Shown here piece by piece: positions 8,616 to 18,472 of a stretch of DNA of 42,744 bases (within the stretch, counting starts at the first letter, position 1; every line of letters begins with the position of its first letter). The stretch is taken from positions 1 through 42,744 of the forward strand of contig SKGA01000002.1 in the NCBI GenBank assembly GCA_007117735.1, written 5' to 3'. The notes below the pieces were generated by a model. It worked only from the letters and a program-made list of their open reading frames with translations. It did not search any database and had not been told where the DNA came from. A program made the translations under genes and the position numbers. The DNA comes from Candidatus Woesearchaeota archaeon (GTDB lineage: Archaea > Nanobdellota > Nanobdellia > Woesearchaeales > SKGA01).

Positions 8616-10382
8616 ATGTATATGGAACTACAACATACTCCCGATATTCTTTTTGAGTCAAGTTGGGAAATTTGCAATAAAGTTGGTGGTATTTATACAG
8701 TTATTACTTCAAAAATTCCAGTTTTGAAAAATCTTGTTTCTGAATATTGTTCTATAGGTCCTCTTTTTGACTCTTTACCTGAAGAATTTACTTCTCAACA
8801 ACCTTCTTCTGAATTACAATCTATTTTTGACATGTTATCTCATGAAGGGATTCGATGTGTTTATGGAGTATGGGATGTAGTAGGAACTCCTTGTATTCTT
8901 ATAGACGGGAGATCTCTTTTCGTACATGCTAACGATATTAAAAAGTTTCTTTGGGAACAGTATGGTGTTGATTCTTTACATTCAGCATATGATTTTAATG
9001 AACCTCTAGTATGGTCTTGGGCAGTTGGTAAATTTATTGATTTGTATCAGAAACAAGCTCCTGATAAAACTGTTTTAGGTCATTTTCATGAATGGCTAGC
9101 GGCTTTCTCAGTATTCTATTTAGATAGTGTTTCTTCTTCTGTTTCAACAGTTTTTACAACACATGCGACGATGCTTGGTCGGACACTTTGTTCACATGGC
9201 AAGCTTGATTATGATAATTTTTCAGTTGACAACCCTGAAGCACTAGCGAGAGAATATGGCGTAGTGGATAAGTTCTCAACAGAACGAGCTGGAGCAAAGT
9301 TTGCTGATGGTTTTAGCACTGTTTCTGACATTACTGCAAAAGAATGCGAAGTGTTTTTTGGTGTTCATCCACACGTTACTCCAAACGGGTTACCTATAAA
9401 TCTTTATCCTTCATTTGAAGAAATGAGTGTTCAACATTTAAAATATCAAGAAAAAATACATGAGTATTTATTGGCTCACTTTTTTCCATATCAGTCATTT
9501 GATCTTAATGATACTCTATGCTTCTTTTATGGGGGTAGATATGAGTTTTTGAATAAAGGTGTGGATATAATGGTTGATGCTCTAGCTCAATTAAATGATC
9601 ATCTTAAGGTCATTAACTCTTCTAAAACTGTTGTTATGTTCTTTTTAGTTGCCGTACCTGGTACTCGTCCCAAAGAACAACTCGTTACTGAACGAAAAAA
9701 TGTTGAGAGAATAATTGATTCTGTCCATGAAAAGAACGACTTTTTTATGCAAAGACTCATTTTAGATGTGTTATTAGGTGAAGAACAAACAACACCTGTT
9801 TATCCGCCTGGTTTTGTAGAGCATTTGCGAAAGATTTTTCAAGTATCTTCATCACAAAACCCTCCTTTATGCACTCATGAGATTGATGAACTGAATGACC
9901 CGACATTACATCGTTTACATGAGCGAGGCTTAGTAAATAATCCCGATGATAAGGTAAAAATAGTTTTCATGCCTGCATATTTAGATGGAAATGACGGATT
10001 AGTAGATATTCCTTATGAAGAGTTTATTTCAGGTTGTCATTTAGGAGTCTTTCCAAGTTTTTATGAGCCGTGGGGGTATACTCCTTTAGAAAGTGTTGCG
10101 CTAGCAGTACCTGCAGTGACTACTTTTACCGCTGGTTTTGGAAAACATATTTCTGAGAAAACATCTCAGAATCATCCTGGGTTGTATGTGTTAAAACGTA
10201 GTCTTTCCTATCCTTCAACAACACAAGATTTATTTGCAGTTTTTAAAGAATTTGTCTCGCTTTCTTCAAAGCAACGATCTACGTTAAGACTTCAAGCACA
10301 ACAACTCTCTGAGTTAGCAGATTGGAATGTTCTTATTAAAGAATATCAAACGTTATACGCGAAGGTTTTGTCTAAAAAATGA
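8616..10382 (+). CDS. Glycogen synthase, GT3 family (eukaryote-type)
   Basis: FESSWEICNKVGGIYTV, HFHEW, FTTHATMLGR, GRYEFLNKG, GVFPSFYEPWGYTPLE. Confidence 0.93.
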   Translation: MYMELQHTPDILFESSWEICNKVGGIYTVITSKIPVLKNLVSEYCSIGPLFDSLPEEFTSQQPSSELQSIFDMLSHEGIRCVYGVWDVVGTPCILIDGRSLFVHANDIKKFLWEQYGVDSLHSAYDFNEPLVWSWAVGKFIDLYQKQAPDKTVLGHFHEWLAAFSVFYLDSVSSSVSTVFTTHATMLGRTLCSHGKLDYDNFSVDNPEALAREYGVVDKFSTERAGAKFADGFSTVSDITAKECEVFFGVHPHVTPNGLPINLYPSFEEMSVQHLKYQEKIHEYLLAHFFPYQSFDLNDTLCFFYGGRYEFLNKGVDIMVDALAQLNDHLKVINSSKTVVMFFLVAVPGTRPKEQLVTERKNVERIIDSVHEKNDFFMQRLILDVLLGEEQTTPVYPPGFVEHLRKIFQVSSSQNPPLCTHEIDELNDPTLHRLHERGLVNNPDDKVKIVFMPAYLDGNDGLVDIPYEEFISGCHLGVFPSFYEPWGYTPLESVALAVPAVTTFTAGFGKHISEKTSQNHPGLYVLKRSLSYPSTTQDLFAVFKEFVSLSSKQRSTLRLQAQQLSELADWNVLIKEYQTLYAKVLSKK

Positions 10383-12181
10383 AAACAACTTACTCTTTTT
10401 TTGATTTAACTTTAGATGAAGAATCTACGGGAGCGAGTGTTCTAACAAATGGTTTTGGTGATTTCTTTGTTCTTGATCCGACTTGTAGTTATGAAGGTTG
10501 GTTTCATCTAGAAACGAATCCTTGGAAACTTCGTAAAAGTATCGCTCGAATTAAACCTGAAGGTCTTGAACAATCATCGTTTCATGTTCAACCACATTCT
10601 TTACAACGAACGTATACTGACGGATCTTCAGATTCATTTATATTATATCAAGATACTCTTCTCTATTATACAAAAAATATTTCTCAACCAATTCTTCTTA
10701 CTTTGGATTCTCGAGAAGCATACGATAATTCTCCTTTAGGTAGGGAATACGCTATTTATGAGAAAGAAGGGTGCTGGTTTATTTATTTCAAACAAGGAGA
10801 TATTGAGGAATTTCTTTGTTTGAAGGGAGTTGAAGATGTGCGATTACGAGAACAGTGGAGAGAAGAACACTATTCCTTTGATGCATCTCGAGGCGTTGCT
10901 GACACGTTTTGGGTGTTTGACGCATTTACCTTTCATTCAACAGGACATACTGTTATTGGCAGAGGAACTACAGAAAGTCAAGCTCGGACGAAAACAGATA
11001 TTTCCTCGCACCATTATCATGATGTCATTTCAGCATTACAATCTAAAGTTGCAACGTATCAAGATTTGCCAGGAGCAACTCTTCGAGAGCAACTTGCGTT
11101 TGTTTATGCACAACACGGTTTATATTCATTAAAAACAGATTGTCGATATCAACATACTCTTTTAACAGGAATATATGCAGGACTTCCTTGGTTTTTTCAA
11201 TTATGGGGCAGGGATGAATTAATATCTTTAGGGGGATTCTTAGCGGCTGAAGATTTTTCAATTGTTGAAGAGATACTTGAGCGGTATACGCAACAAGTGC
11301 TCTTATTAGAAGAAGTTCCTAACCGCTTTCCACCTTCAGTTGTTGCAAGTGTAGATGGTCTTGGGTGGTATGCAAAACGACTTCACGAATATATTCGTAC
11401 ACGATTAGCAAAAAACCCTCGCGAGTTTAGTAGAGAAGAACTTCAGCGGTGGCATACTGCTTTGCAACGAGCATACCAAAAAGTAGAACGCACTCGTATG
11501 CGAGAAGGACTCGTTTTTAATTATGCGCAAGAAACATGGATGGATACTGTTTATGAAGACTCAGGCCGAGAAGGATTTTGTGTAGAAATTCAAGCATTAC
11601 ACTTGGCTTTAATTGACGCTATTCTTTATTTAGAGCGATTACTAGATTTACCTTTTTCTATTTCTCGAGATGATTTTATATTTACTGTTCGAAAACATTT
11701 TATTCGTTCTCATCGAATTATAGATATGCTCTTTCCTTCTTTAGAGCCAGACATGTCTTATCGACCAAATCTTTTTCTTGCACAGTATATTTCTCCTACT
11801 CTTTTTTTAAAAGAGGACTGGAAACAAACTTTCAAGTATGCTCTTGATAAGTTATTTCTTTCTTGGGGTGGATTAAGCACTCTTTCCTTAGATCATCCTC
11901 TGTATCAACCGAAGTATACAGGTAATAATAATAAAAGTTATCATCGAGGAGATAGTTGGTATTTTGTAAATAATATTGCTGCAATAAGCTTATTTGAGTA
12001 TTCGTTTCAAAAAGAAGCAAAAGCTATACTTGATGCCAGTATTCAAGAATTATTCTCTCTAGGGTTTGCAGGTTGTAGTGCCGAGGTTTCTAGCGCATCT
12101 TTACAAGAAGGAACGGGAAGTCTTTCTCAAGCGTGGAGTAGTAGTACATTAATAGAATTATTAAAGAAAAGCAAACGCTAA
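10379..12181 (+). CDS. Amylo-alpha-1,6-glucosidase (glycogen debranching enzyme, GH133-like)
   Basis: IYAGLPWFFQLWGRDELISL, TWMD, VEIQAL, RPN, YHRGDSW, QAWS. Confidence 0.9.
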   Translation: MKTTYSFFDLTLDEESTGASVLTNGFGDFFVLDPTCSYEGWFHLETNPWKLRKSIARIKPEGLEQSSFHVQPHSLQRTYTDGSSDSFILYQDTLLYYTKNISQPILLTLDSREAYDNSPLGREYAIYEKEGCWFIYFKQGDIEEFLCLKGVEDVRLREQWREEHYSFDASRGVADTFWVFDAFTFHSTGHTVIGRGTTESQARTKTDISSHHYHDVISALQSKVATYQDLPGATLREQLAFVYAQHGLYSLKTDCRYQHTLLTGIYAGLPWFFQLWGRDELISLGGFLAAEDFSIVEEILERYTQQVLLLEEVPNRFPPSVVASVDGLGWYAKRLHEYIRTRLAKNPREFSREELQRWHTALQRAYQKVERTRMREGLVFNYAQETWMDTVYEDSGREGFCVEIQALHLALIDAILYLERLLDLPFSISRDDFIFTVRKHFIRSHRIIDMLFPSLEPDMSYRPNLFLAQYISPTLFLKEDWKQTFKYALDKLFLSWGGLSTLSLDHPLYQPKYTGNNNKSYHRGDSWYFVNNIAAISLFEYSFQKEAKAILDASIQELFSLGFAGCSAEVSSASLQEGTGSLSQAWSSSTLIELLKKSKR

Positions 12182-12244
12182 ATGTTTTGCTTTTTTATTG
12201 TTAAAAAAGAGTAGACAAAAAAGCCTACTCAAGAAAAAATTAAT

Positions 12245-12406
12245 TTATTTCTTTCTTACAGGTCGAAGAGATTTGCTTTTACAGTTTCTACATCGGATTT
12301 TACCCTGTAGTACCTTCATTTGCTGAGCTCGAAATTTTGTTTTACAGTCTTTACAGACGAAAATGTTTGCAAATAATCGAGCGTTTGCTTCTGCGAATTT
12401 AGCCAT
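12245..12406 (-). CDS. rpl40e: 50S ribosomal protein L40e (not in ORF track)
   Basis: Manual translation MAKFAEANARLFANIFVCKDCKTKFRA..KIRCRNCKSKSLRPVRKK; GGTGA SD. Confidence 0.9.
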   Translation of the reverse strand: MAKFAEANARLFANIFVCKDCKTKFRAQQMKVLQGKIRCRNCKSKSLRPVRKK

Positions 12407-12437
12407 TATGTATCACCATTAATTTTATTGTAAAATC

Positions 12438-12839
12438 TTATTCAGATTTTACTTGTTTCATTACCTTGTCAAGGAGGATCGTCCAGTATACAACTGTGCA
12501 ACCTTCTGTAACGCTTCCTTGTAAATCTTCAGGAATTTCAAGATCGAATGTTTCGTAATTTTCGCTGTCCATAACATTTGCCATGTTTCCACTTACGGTA
12601 AGGACTTGAGCGTTTTTCTTACCAATAACAGGAGCTTCAACTTCATGATCTCCAGTAACCATGTTTCGTTTTTTACCATCAATCATGCCTACACCCATAA
12701 TGTTTGCTTTTGCATGACCGTGTTTTCCTGGTCGTGAAATACTAATGTCTGAGACAGTACAAGCAACACCGTCGATAATGATGTAACTGCCTTTTTTTAA
12801 TGAACTTGTTGCGACGTGTTTATAATCTCCTTCAGTCAT
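12438..12839 (-). CDS. eif5a: Translation factor aIF5A
   Basis: Hypusine loop PGKHGHAK. Confidence 0.96.
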   Translation of the reverse strand: MTEGDYKHVATSSLKKGSYIIIDGVACTVSDISISRPGKHGHAKANIMGVGMIDGKKRNMVTGDHEVEAPVIGKKNAQVLTVSGNMANVMDSENYETFDLEIPEDLQGSVTEGCTVVYWTILLDKVMKQVKSE

Positions 12840-12949
12840 TTTATTGATAACTCCTTTATATTATATAATCAGTAAAACCAAGAACTCTCTTTTTATTTAT
12901 AAAGTTTTGTTTCACTTTCTGTTCTTTTTGGTAAAACTATTGTTTTTAG

Positions 12950-14071
12950 TTATTCTAAACGGTGTAATCCTCCTGGATTTGCATCTTGAAGAACATAGAG
13001 ATACCCGTCTGGAGATTCTTGTACGTCTCGTATTCTCCAGCCTCTATTTGCTAATAAAGGATTTAATTCCTCTAACGTATCATTAATTATTCTAAAATGT
13101 CCTAGGTATTGGCCTGCAAGATTTCCAACAAATAAATCTCCTTGCCACTCAGGGAATCGTTCTCCGCTATAAAAGGTCATACCTGCAGGGGGGAATCCTC
13201 CACTTCTACATTCCCAATAATATACAGGATTAATGATGTCGTCTTTTTCATGGGCAAATTCTCCAATCGTTCGACCAAGACCGTACGTGCAACCGTAGTG
13301 TGTTAGTGGCCAGCCATAATTTCCACTTGCTTGTAGTATGTTAATTTCATCCCCGTCTTGTTCGCCATGCTCACTTTGCCAGATTTCTCCAGTTTCAGGA
13401 TGAATAGTCATTCCTTGAACATTTCGATGGCCGAAGGTGTAAATACTATCTCTAACGCTTTGGTTGTTTACAAAGGGGTTGTCTTGAGGTATGGATCCAT
13501 TTTTGTATAATCGAATAGTGGCTCCTAAGGTATTATTTGTATTTTGAGAAACATGTTCTGTACCAAAATTCTTGTCACCCCGATCACCTACTGTGAAAAA
13601 AACATAGTCGCCTTGAACGATAACTCTTGATCCGAAATGAGCGCCTCCTGGAAGTGCAGGGTATGCTTGATATAACACTTCAAAATCTTGAATGGTGTTA
13701 TTTTCAAATATTCCTCGACCAAGATGGGTAGTAACGCCTGTTTCAAACGGAGCGCTGTAGGTGAGATAAATATACGGTTCTTCTAAGAACACATCTAATA
13801 ATCCTCCTTGACCAACTACTGCAACTTCAGGCACGCCTTGAATGGTCGTTTGATCTCCAGAAGGGATATTAATAAGGGAGAGCGTTCCTGTACGTTGAGT
13901 AACGAGGACTGCCGATTCATTTATAAACGCCATGCCCCAAGGGTGTTGTAATCCTTGGGCAATCGTTCTAACAGAAAGATTTTGTTCGTATTCGCTTACC
14001 GGTAGAGGGGTTGAGCAAGCACTAAGCAGTATAAGAAATATGCTTGCAATAATGAGTATTTTTTTATCCAT
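12950..14071 (-). CDS. PQQ-dependent sugar dehydrogenase (YliI/Asd family), predicted lipoprotein
   Basis: Lipobox LSAC; GLQHPWGMAF, GQGGLLD, HFGSR, GHRNVQG, EHG...GDEIN, NYGWP, RIRDV. Confidence 0.9.
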   Translation of the reverse strand: MDKKILIIASIFLILLSACSTPLPVSEYEQNLSVRTIAQGLQHPWGMAFINESAVLVTQRTGTLSLINIPSGDQTTIQGVPEVAVVGQGGLLDVFLEEPYIYLTYSAPFETGVTTHLGRGIFENNTIQDFEVLYQAYPALPGGAHFGSRVIVQGDYVFFTVGDRGDKNFGTEHVSQNTNNTLGATIRLYKNGSIPQDNPFVNNQSVRDSIYTFGHRNVQGMTIHPETGEIWQSEHGEQDGDEINILQASGNYGWPLTHYGCTYGLGRTIGEFAHEKDDIINPVYYWECRSGGFPPAGMTFYSGERFPEWQGDLFVGNLAGQYLGHFRIINDTLEELNPLLANRGWRIRDVQESPDGYLYVLQDANPGGLHRLE

Positions 14072-14113
14072 GTCTTCTTTAAAGAAATTATCTTTTAAAA
14101 ATCTTAGGGAGGT

Positions 14114-14302
14114 TTATTTTTTGAATATGGTAATGATAGGTTTTATTCCTAAAAGTATACTTCCTACTAAAAATAGTACCCAAGGAGTTTGCATGATCCA
14201 TTGTGCTGCACCTTGCCATGCAGAAACTACAAATAACGTAAATAAAATAGAAGACCATTTAATCATACCAATATCTGTTAAGGTAAGTTTTTTCAAATTC
14301 AT
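14114..14302 (-). CDS. Small two-helix membrane protein
   Basis: MNLKKLTLTDIGMIKWS.. followed by two hydrophobic segments; start moved to ATG 14302. Confidence 0.6.
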   Translation of the reverse strand: MNLKKLTLTDIGMIKWSSILFTLFVVSAWQGAAQWIMQTPWVLFLVGSILLGIKPIITIFKK

Positions 14303-14383
14303 ACTCTTTTTTAGATGCTTGAGTATATAAATTTTCTGAGTTATATAACTAGGTTTATAAATGCGTTCTTCCTTCCTTTCTTT

Positions 14384-15094
14384 ATGGACTTTCAATCATT
14401 ACGATCAGAGCTGTTAACAAAGACAAAACAACAGCTTCACGACGCGGTTACTATAGATGTAAGCATTTCTCAAGCGTTAAGCGCGTATGATGATCTTCAA
14501 GTTCAACTTAATCATCTTTCAAAACGTCTTCGAGACTGGACAGGATATTTTGTTCCTGAGCTTGAGCGAAGAATTTCAACTAACGCTCATTTTGTTCAAG
14601 AAATCTCTCGAGGCCTTGCGCATGAAGATAGTGCTATGGGGGGAACTCCTGCACAACCAACACAACAAATTATTGAACGGTTTGCAAAACAAATTAATGA
14701 ATTATATTCTTTTCAAGAAGAGCTTCTTATGTATCTAGAAAAAACATTACAAGAATTTGCTCCTAATCTCCAAGTGTTACTTGGAACAACCATTACTGCT
14801 CGAGTTATTAGCGCAGCAGGGAGTTTAGAACACTTGTCGAGACTTCCTTCAAGCACTCTACAATTATTAGGTGCTGAAAAAGCTCTCTTTAGACATTTAC
14901 GAACAGGAGCGAGAAGTCCAAAACATGGATTTATTATTAACCATCCTCTCGTTTCACAAGCATCTTCTAAAATGAGAGGAAAAATTGCTCGAGCACTAGC
15001 AGATAAAATGAGTATCTGTGCAAAATTAGATTATTTCAAAGGAGAATTCTTAGCAAAGAAATATCTTCAAGATTTAGAAAAGAGGTTTGGATAA
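14384..15094 (+). CDS. nop5: C/D box RNP protein Nop5 (N-terminally short)
   Basis: PSSTLQLLGAEKALFRHL, PKHG, RGKIARALA; TTTATAAA at 14354-14361 supports ATG 14384. Confidence 0.9.
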   Translation: MDFQSLRSELLTKTKQQLHDAVTIDVSISQALSAYDDLQVQLNHLSKRLRDWTGYFVPELERRISTNAHFVQEISRGLAHEDSAMGGTPAQPTQQIIERFAKQINELYSFQEELLMYLEKTLQEFAPNLQVLLGTTITARVISAAGSLEHLSRLPSSTLQLLGAEKALFRHLRTGARSPKHGFIINHPLVSQASSKMRGKIARALADKMSICAKLDYFKGEFLAKKYLQDLEKRFG

Positions 15095-15760
15095 ATGCAA
15101 CCTATTACTCGATATCCTGGTTTATTTAAAGACGGTCATGGTAAACGAACAAAGTATTTTGTTCAAACTGCAAAGCGTCAGTCATTTTTTGATGAGCGAA
15201 TCGTTTCTCATCAACAAGGACTTTTTAGAGAAGTCGATCCTGAACGAAGTAAACTCTTTGCAGCAATTGCAAAAGGAGTTAGTCAACTAGGATTGAAAGA
15301 AGATAGCTCTATTCTCTATTTAGGCGCAAGTCATGGTTATACGGTAAGTTTTCTTAGTGATATGGTTACGAAAGGACAGATTTTTGCTCTTGATTTTGCA
15401 CCTCGAGTGATGAGAGACATGGTCTTTATTGCAGAACAAAAAGAGAATATTGCGCCAGTATATGCTAATGCTAGTCATCCTGAAACGTATGCAAACATTC
15501 CTCTAGTGGATGTGGTGTTTATGGATGTAGCTCAACGTAATCAAGTAGAAATTTTTAAGAAAAACTGTGATGCTTTTCTCAAAAGCGGAGGGTTTGGTCT
15601 TCTTGCATTGAAAGCAAGAAGTATGGATATGACTAAAAAGCCAAAAGATCTCTTTAAACAAGTAAGAAAAGAATTAGAGCGAAATTTTATTGTAGTAGAT
15701 TATCGAGAACTTGATCCTTTTGAAAAAGATCACGCGTTTTATGTTGTGAAAAAACGATAA
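15095..15760 (+). CDS. flpA: Fibrillarin-like rRNA/tRNA 2'-O-methyltransferase
   Basis: RSKL.AAI, LYLGAS.G.TVS..SD, DVAQ, KARS, L.PFEKDH; abuts nop5. Confidence 0.95.
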   Translation: MQPITRYPGLFKDGHGKRTKYFVQTAKRQSFFDERIVSHQQGLFREVDPERSKLFAAIAKGVSQLGLKEDSSILYLGASHGYTVSFLSDMVTKGQIFALDFAPRVMRDMVFIAEQKENIAPVYANASHPETYANIPLVDVVFMDVAQRNQVEIFKKNCDAFLKSGGFGLLALKARSMDMTKKPKDLFKQVRKELERNFIVVDYRELDPFEKDHAFYVVKKR

Positions 15761-15762
15761 GT

Positions 15763-17094
15763 TTATCGAACAAGTAATTTCTCAAGCTCGTGCTGAATTT
15801 CTTCAACAACTTGAGGTCCAGTACCTTCAATATTAATTCGAACAAGCGGTTCAGTATTACTTTTTCTTACATTGAAAAAATAACTTTCTGTATAGACACT
15901 TACACCATCGATTTTAAGAATTTTATCAGCTTTTTTAAAGAACTTTTCTTCAATATTCTTTAATGATGCATCTGCATCTTTTACTTTATAATTCATTTCA
16001 CCACTACGAACAAACGCGTCTTCAAGCGGTTCGACAAGAGCATTTAATGTTCTATCTTCAACGAGCTCTAATACTTTTATTAACGTGTATAACGCGCTAT
16101 CCGTATAATTTAATTCTTGATAAAAATAATGTCCAGATTTCTCTCCAGCAAAAACAGCTTTATCCTCTCGCATTCGATTCATAATAAACGCTCGACCAGA
16201 AGGGTAAAGAAGAGGAATAATTCTTTTTTGAGTAAGGATGTCTGCAACGACTTGACTTGTTCGGACTTCAAAACCAACTTTCTCTCCTGCTTTCGCACAA
16301 TTTCTTCCAATTACACCTGTAAGGATATCTGGAGAAACCATTTCTCCCGTGTCTAAGAAGAATGCGATTCTATCGGCATCGCCATCAAAACCAATACCGT
16401 AATCAAATTGTTCAGTTTTCATTCGACCCATCAGCTCAGCCATATGTTCTTTTACGATAGGGTTTGCTTCGTGGTTAGGAAATGAACCGTCCATTTCTTC
16501 ATACATTGTTTCTATATGGTGTTGTGGATAAATTTTTCTAAGAGCCCGTACTTCTTTTGTACCCATGCCATTACCGCAATCAATTAATAATTTTAATGGC
16601 CTAGAAGAACCTTTTACTTTTTCTTTAAAATATGTAGTATATGCTTCTTGAATATCTTCAGTCTGAACTGTTCCAGGAGTATCTGCAACGCTTTGATACG
16701 CTTCTTTTTCAATAATTTCTTGAAGTTCTTGAAAGCCGTACTCTCCAAATAAAGGAATGGCATGTTTTTTACAAATCTTCATTCCATTATACTCTTTAGG
16801 ATTATGGCTTGCAGTAATCATCACACCACCATCCATTGAACTATCAGTGTATAATTTGAAATATAATTGAGGTGTAGAGATAAGACCTAGATCAATAACA
16901 GAACAACCAAGGCTGGTAACTCCTTTAATAAACGCTTTATGAAGGGGTTGAGAGCTTTCTCGACAATCTCTGCCTACCACAATAGTTTTTGCTTGTAGAA
17001 AAGTAACGAGAGCTTTTCCTACGTTATAAGCTAGCTCTTCATTAACGTCTGTTGGATAGATTCCTCGTATGTCGTATGCTTTAAATGCCTTCAT
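15763..17094 (-). CDS. Phosphomannomutase/phosphoglucomutase
   Basis: FKAYDIRG, TASHNP, DGDADR, GEKSGH, RKSNTEP. Confidence 0.95.
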   Translation of the reverse strand: MKAFKAYDIRGIYPTDVNEELAYNVGKALVTFLQAKTIVVGRDCRESSQPLHKAFIKGVTSLGCSVIDLGLISTPQLYFKLYTDSSMDGGVMITASHNPKEYNGMKICKKHAIPLFGEYGFQELQEIIEKEAYQSVADTPGTVQTEDIQEAYTTYFKEKVKGSSRPLKLLIDCGNGMGTKEVRALRKIYPQHHIETMYEEMDGSFPNHEANPIVKEHMAELMGRMKTEQFDYGIGFDGDADRIAFFLDTGEMVSPDILTGVIGRNCAKAGEKVGFEVRTSQVVADILTQKRIIPLLYPSGRAFIMNRMREDKAVFAGEKSGHYFYQELNYTDSALYTLIKVLELVEDRTLNALVEPLEDAFVRSGEMNYKVKDADASLKNIEEKFFKKADKILKIDGVSVYTESYFFNVRKSNTEPLVRINIEGTGPQVVEEIQHELEKLLVR

Positions 17095-17127
17095 TTCTTA
17101 TTTTAAGCAAGCTATCCTTTATAAATT

Positions 17128-17391
17128 TTAGCAATCAATAGCTTCTAACATGCTTGAGATGCTCCAGATTTGCTGTCGGGTAAACGAATCAAGGTTTGCA
17201 TCGCTAGAAATGTCGTCTAAATCACTTAATAATTTGTTAATAAGAAGGGATAATTCTTTATCTTGAGCTTGTTGTAGTTCAGTAATAATAACGCTAATTT
17301 TTGTTTTTACATTCTTTGGAACGCCGCTTTCTTCTTTCAGTTCGGTCATGTATTCAATTGCTTCTTGTACTTCTGGTTTCATCTCTACCAC
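17128..17391 (-). CDS. UPF0147 family protein
   Basis: VPKNVK..LDDISSDANL..FTRQQIWSISSMLE. Confidence 0.85.
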   Translation of the reverse strand: MVEMKPEVQEAIEYMTELKEESGVPKNVKTKISVIITELQQAQDKELSLLINKLLSDLDDISSDANLDSFTRQQIWSISSMLEAIDC

Positions 17392-17394
17392 CTT

Positions 17395-17706
17395 TTATTC
17401 TTTATCTAATTCGGTAATTACTTGTTGTTGAAGTTTTTGTACTTGTTTTGTCAACTCTTCTTCTTGTTTTTCAAGTGTTTTTAGTCGAAGAGAAGCGATT
17501 TCTTTTTTTTGTTGTAAATTTGAAATAATATTTTTACTCGATTTTTTAATCATCACACCACCAACGATTTGGTATCCTTCGTTGACCGTTTCTAATTCTT
17601 GAAGCGCATTATCTATCTCAAGAACTTGATGTTTATACTGTGTTTTTTGTTGTGAAACTTTGCTTCGTTGTTGATCGAGCGCTTGCAATTCTTGAAGTGC
17701 AGTCAT
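17395..17706 (-). CDS. pfdB: Prefoldin beta subunit
   Basis: Coiled coils flanking YQIVGGVMIK hairpin; conserved synteny. Confidence 0.9.
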   Translation of the reverse strand: MTALQELQALDQQRSKVSQQKTQYKHQVLEIDNALQELETVNEGYQIVGGVMIKKSSKNIISNLQQKKEIASLRLKTLEKQEEELTKQVQKLQQQVITELDKE

Positions 17707-17707
17707 T

Positions 17708-17938
17708 TTATTTCACCTTTTGCATATCCTCAAATATTGCAATTACTTTCCCAATTGCATTAGTTACCGCACGAAGTGATCGTGCATCATCAGCTGTTAC
17801 GCTGATAATTACTGTTTGATTTTCTTCTCGAACAGTATACGTTGCACGACCTGCAATGTCTTTATCTTCAGGAGCAAAGACTTGCACGAGTTCGTTAGGT
17901 TTTGTTGTTTCTACAACATATTCAACACGGTATGTCAT
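17708..17938 (-). CDS. pcc1: KEOPS complex subunit Pcc1
   Basis: ISVTADDARSLRAVTN motif; ATG overlaps the rpoP stop (TAATG). Confidence 0.85.
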   Translation of the reverse strand: MTYRVEYVVETTKPNELVQVFAPEDKDIAGRATYTVREENQTVIISVTADDARSLRAVTNAIGKVIAIFEDMQKVK

Positions 17939-18075
17939 TATCGAGCAAGTGTTGTGGATGCTTTTGTTCGTGGTTTGAAGATAATTTTTGAACCACAGTA
18001 AATACATCTCACTTTTTTACGAATATGTGTTTCGTTTAACGTTTTATTGCATGAAAAGCATCGATATTCTGCCAT
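17938..18075 (-). CDS. rpoP: RNA polymerase subunit Rpo12/P (not in ORF track)
   Basis: Manual translation MAEYRCFSCNK..VRCIYCGSKIIFKPR; lies between rpl37ae and pcc1. Confidence 0.93.
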   Translation of the reverse strand: MAEYRCFSCNKTLNETHIRKKVRCIYCGSKIIFKPRTKASTTLAR

Positions 18076-18077
18076 TT

Positions 18078-18326
18078 TTACATCTCGAGTACTTTTGTCT
18101 TAATCGTTGTAGTTTTTGAAACTGTAAATGCTTTAGATGCGAACTTTGCACCGCATTTTTGACATTCCCAAATTCCTGCAGCAACTCGTCGTACTGCTTT
18201 TCTAGAACATTGAGGACAATCGTATTTTTGTCGTTGCATAGCTTCGATAGCGCCAAACTTGTCTTTTACGGTTTTCCCGTATCGCGCACCAAATCGCTTT
18301 GCTGAACCGGTTTTATTTTTAGCCAT
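18078..18326 (-). CDS. rpl37ae: 50S ribosomal protein L37Ae (eL43)
   Basis: RFGARYG, CPQC, GIWECQKC. Confidence 0.96.
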   Translation of the reverse strand: MAKNKTGSAKRFGARYGKTVKDKFGAIEAMQRQKYDCPQCSRKAVRRVAAGIWECQKCGAKFASKAFTVSKTTTIKTKVLEM

Positions 18327-18355
18327 TATTTAATCACCACTATTACTATAAAATA

Positions 18356-18430
18356 TGGGGCTGCCCAGATTTGAACTGGGGTCTTATGGTCCCAAACCAT
18401 AAATGATAGGCCAAGCTACACTACAGCCCC
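18356..18430 (-). tRNA. tRNA-Pro(TGG)
   Basis: GGGGCTG...GTTCAAATC...CAGCCCC-A; anticodon arm TATGG-TT-TGG-GA-CCATA; no encoded CCA. Confidence 0.95.
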
Positions 18431-18472
18431 AACTGTACCTTGCAAGGAATAGAACTTGATTTATAAACCTTT

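Noticed and set aside
14303-14383. C/D box sRNA near nop5-fibrillarin
   Set aside because: No RTGATGA...CTGA pair in the intergenic DNA.
17939-18007. Track's longer Pcc1 start
   Set aside because: The region encodes rpoP in another frame.
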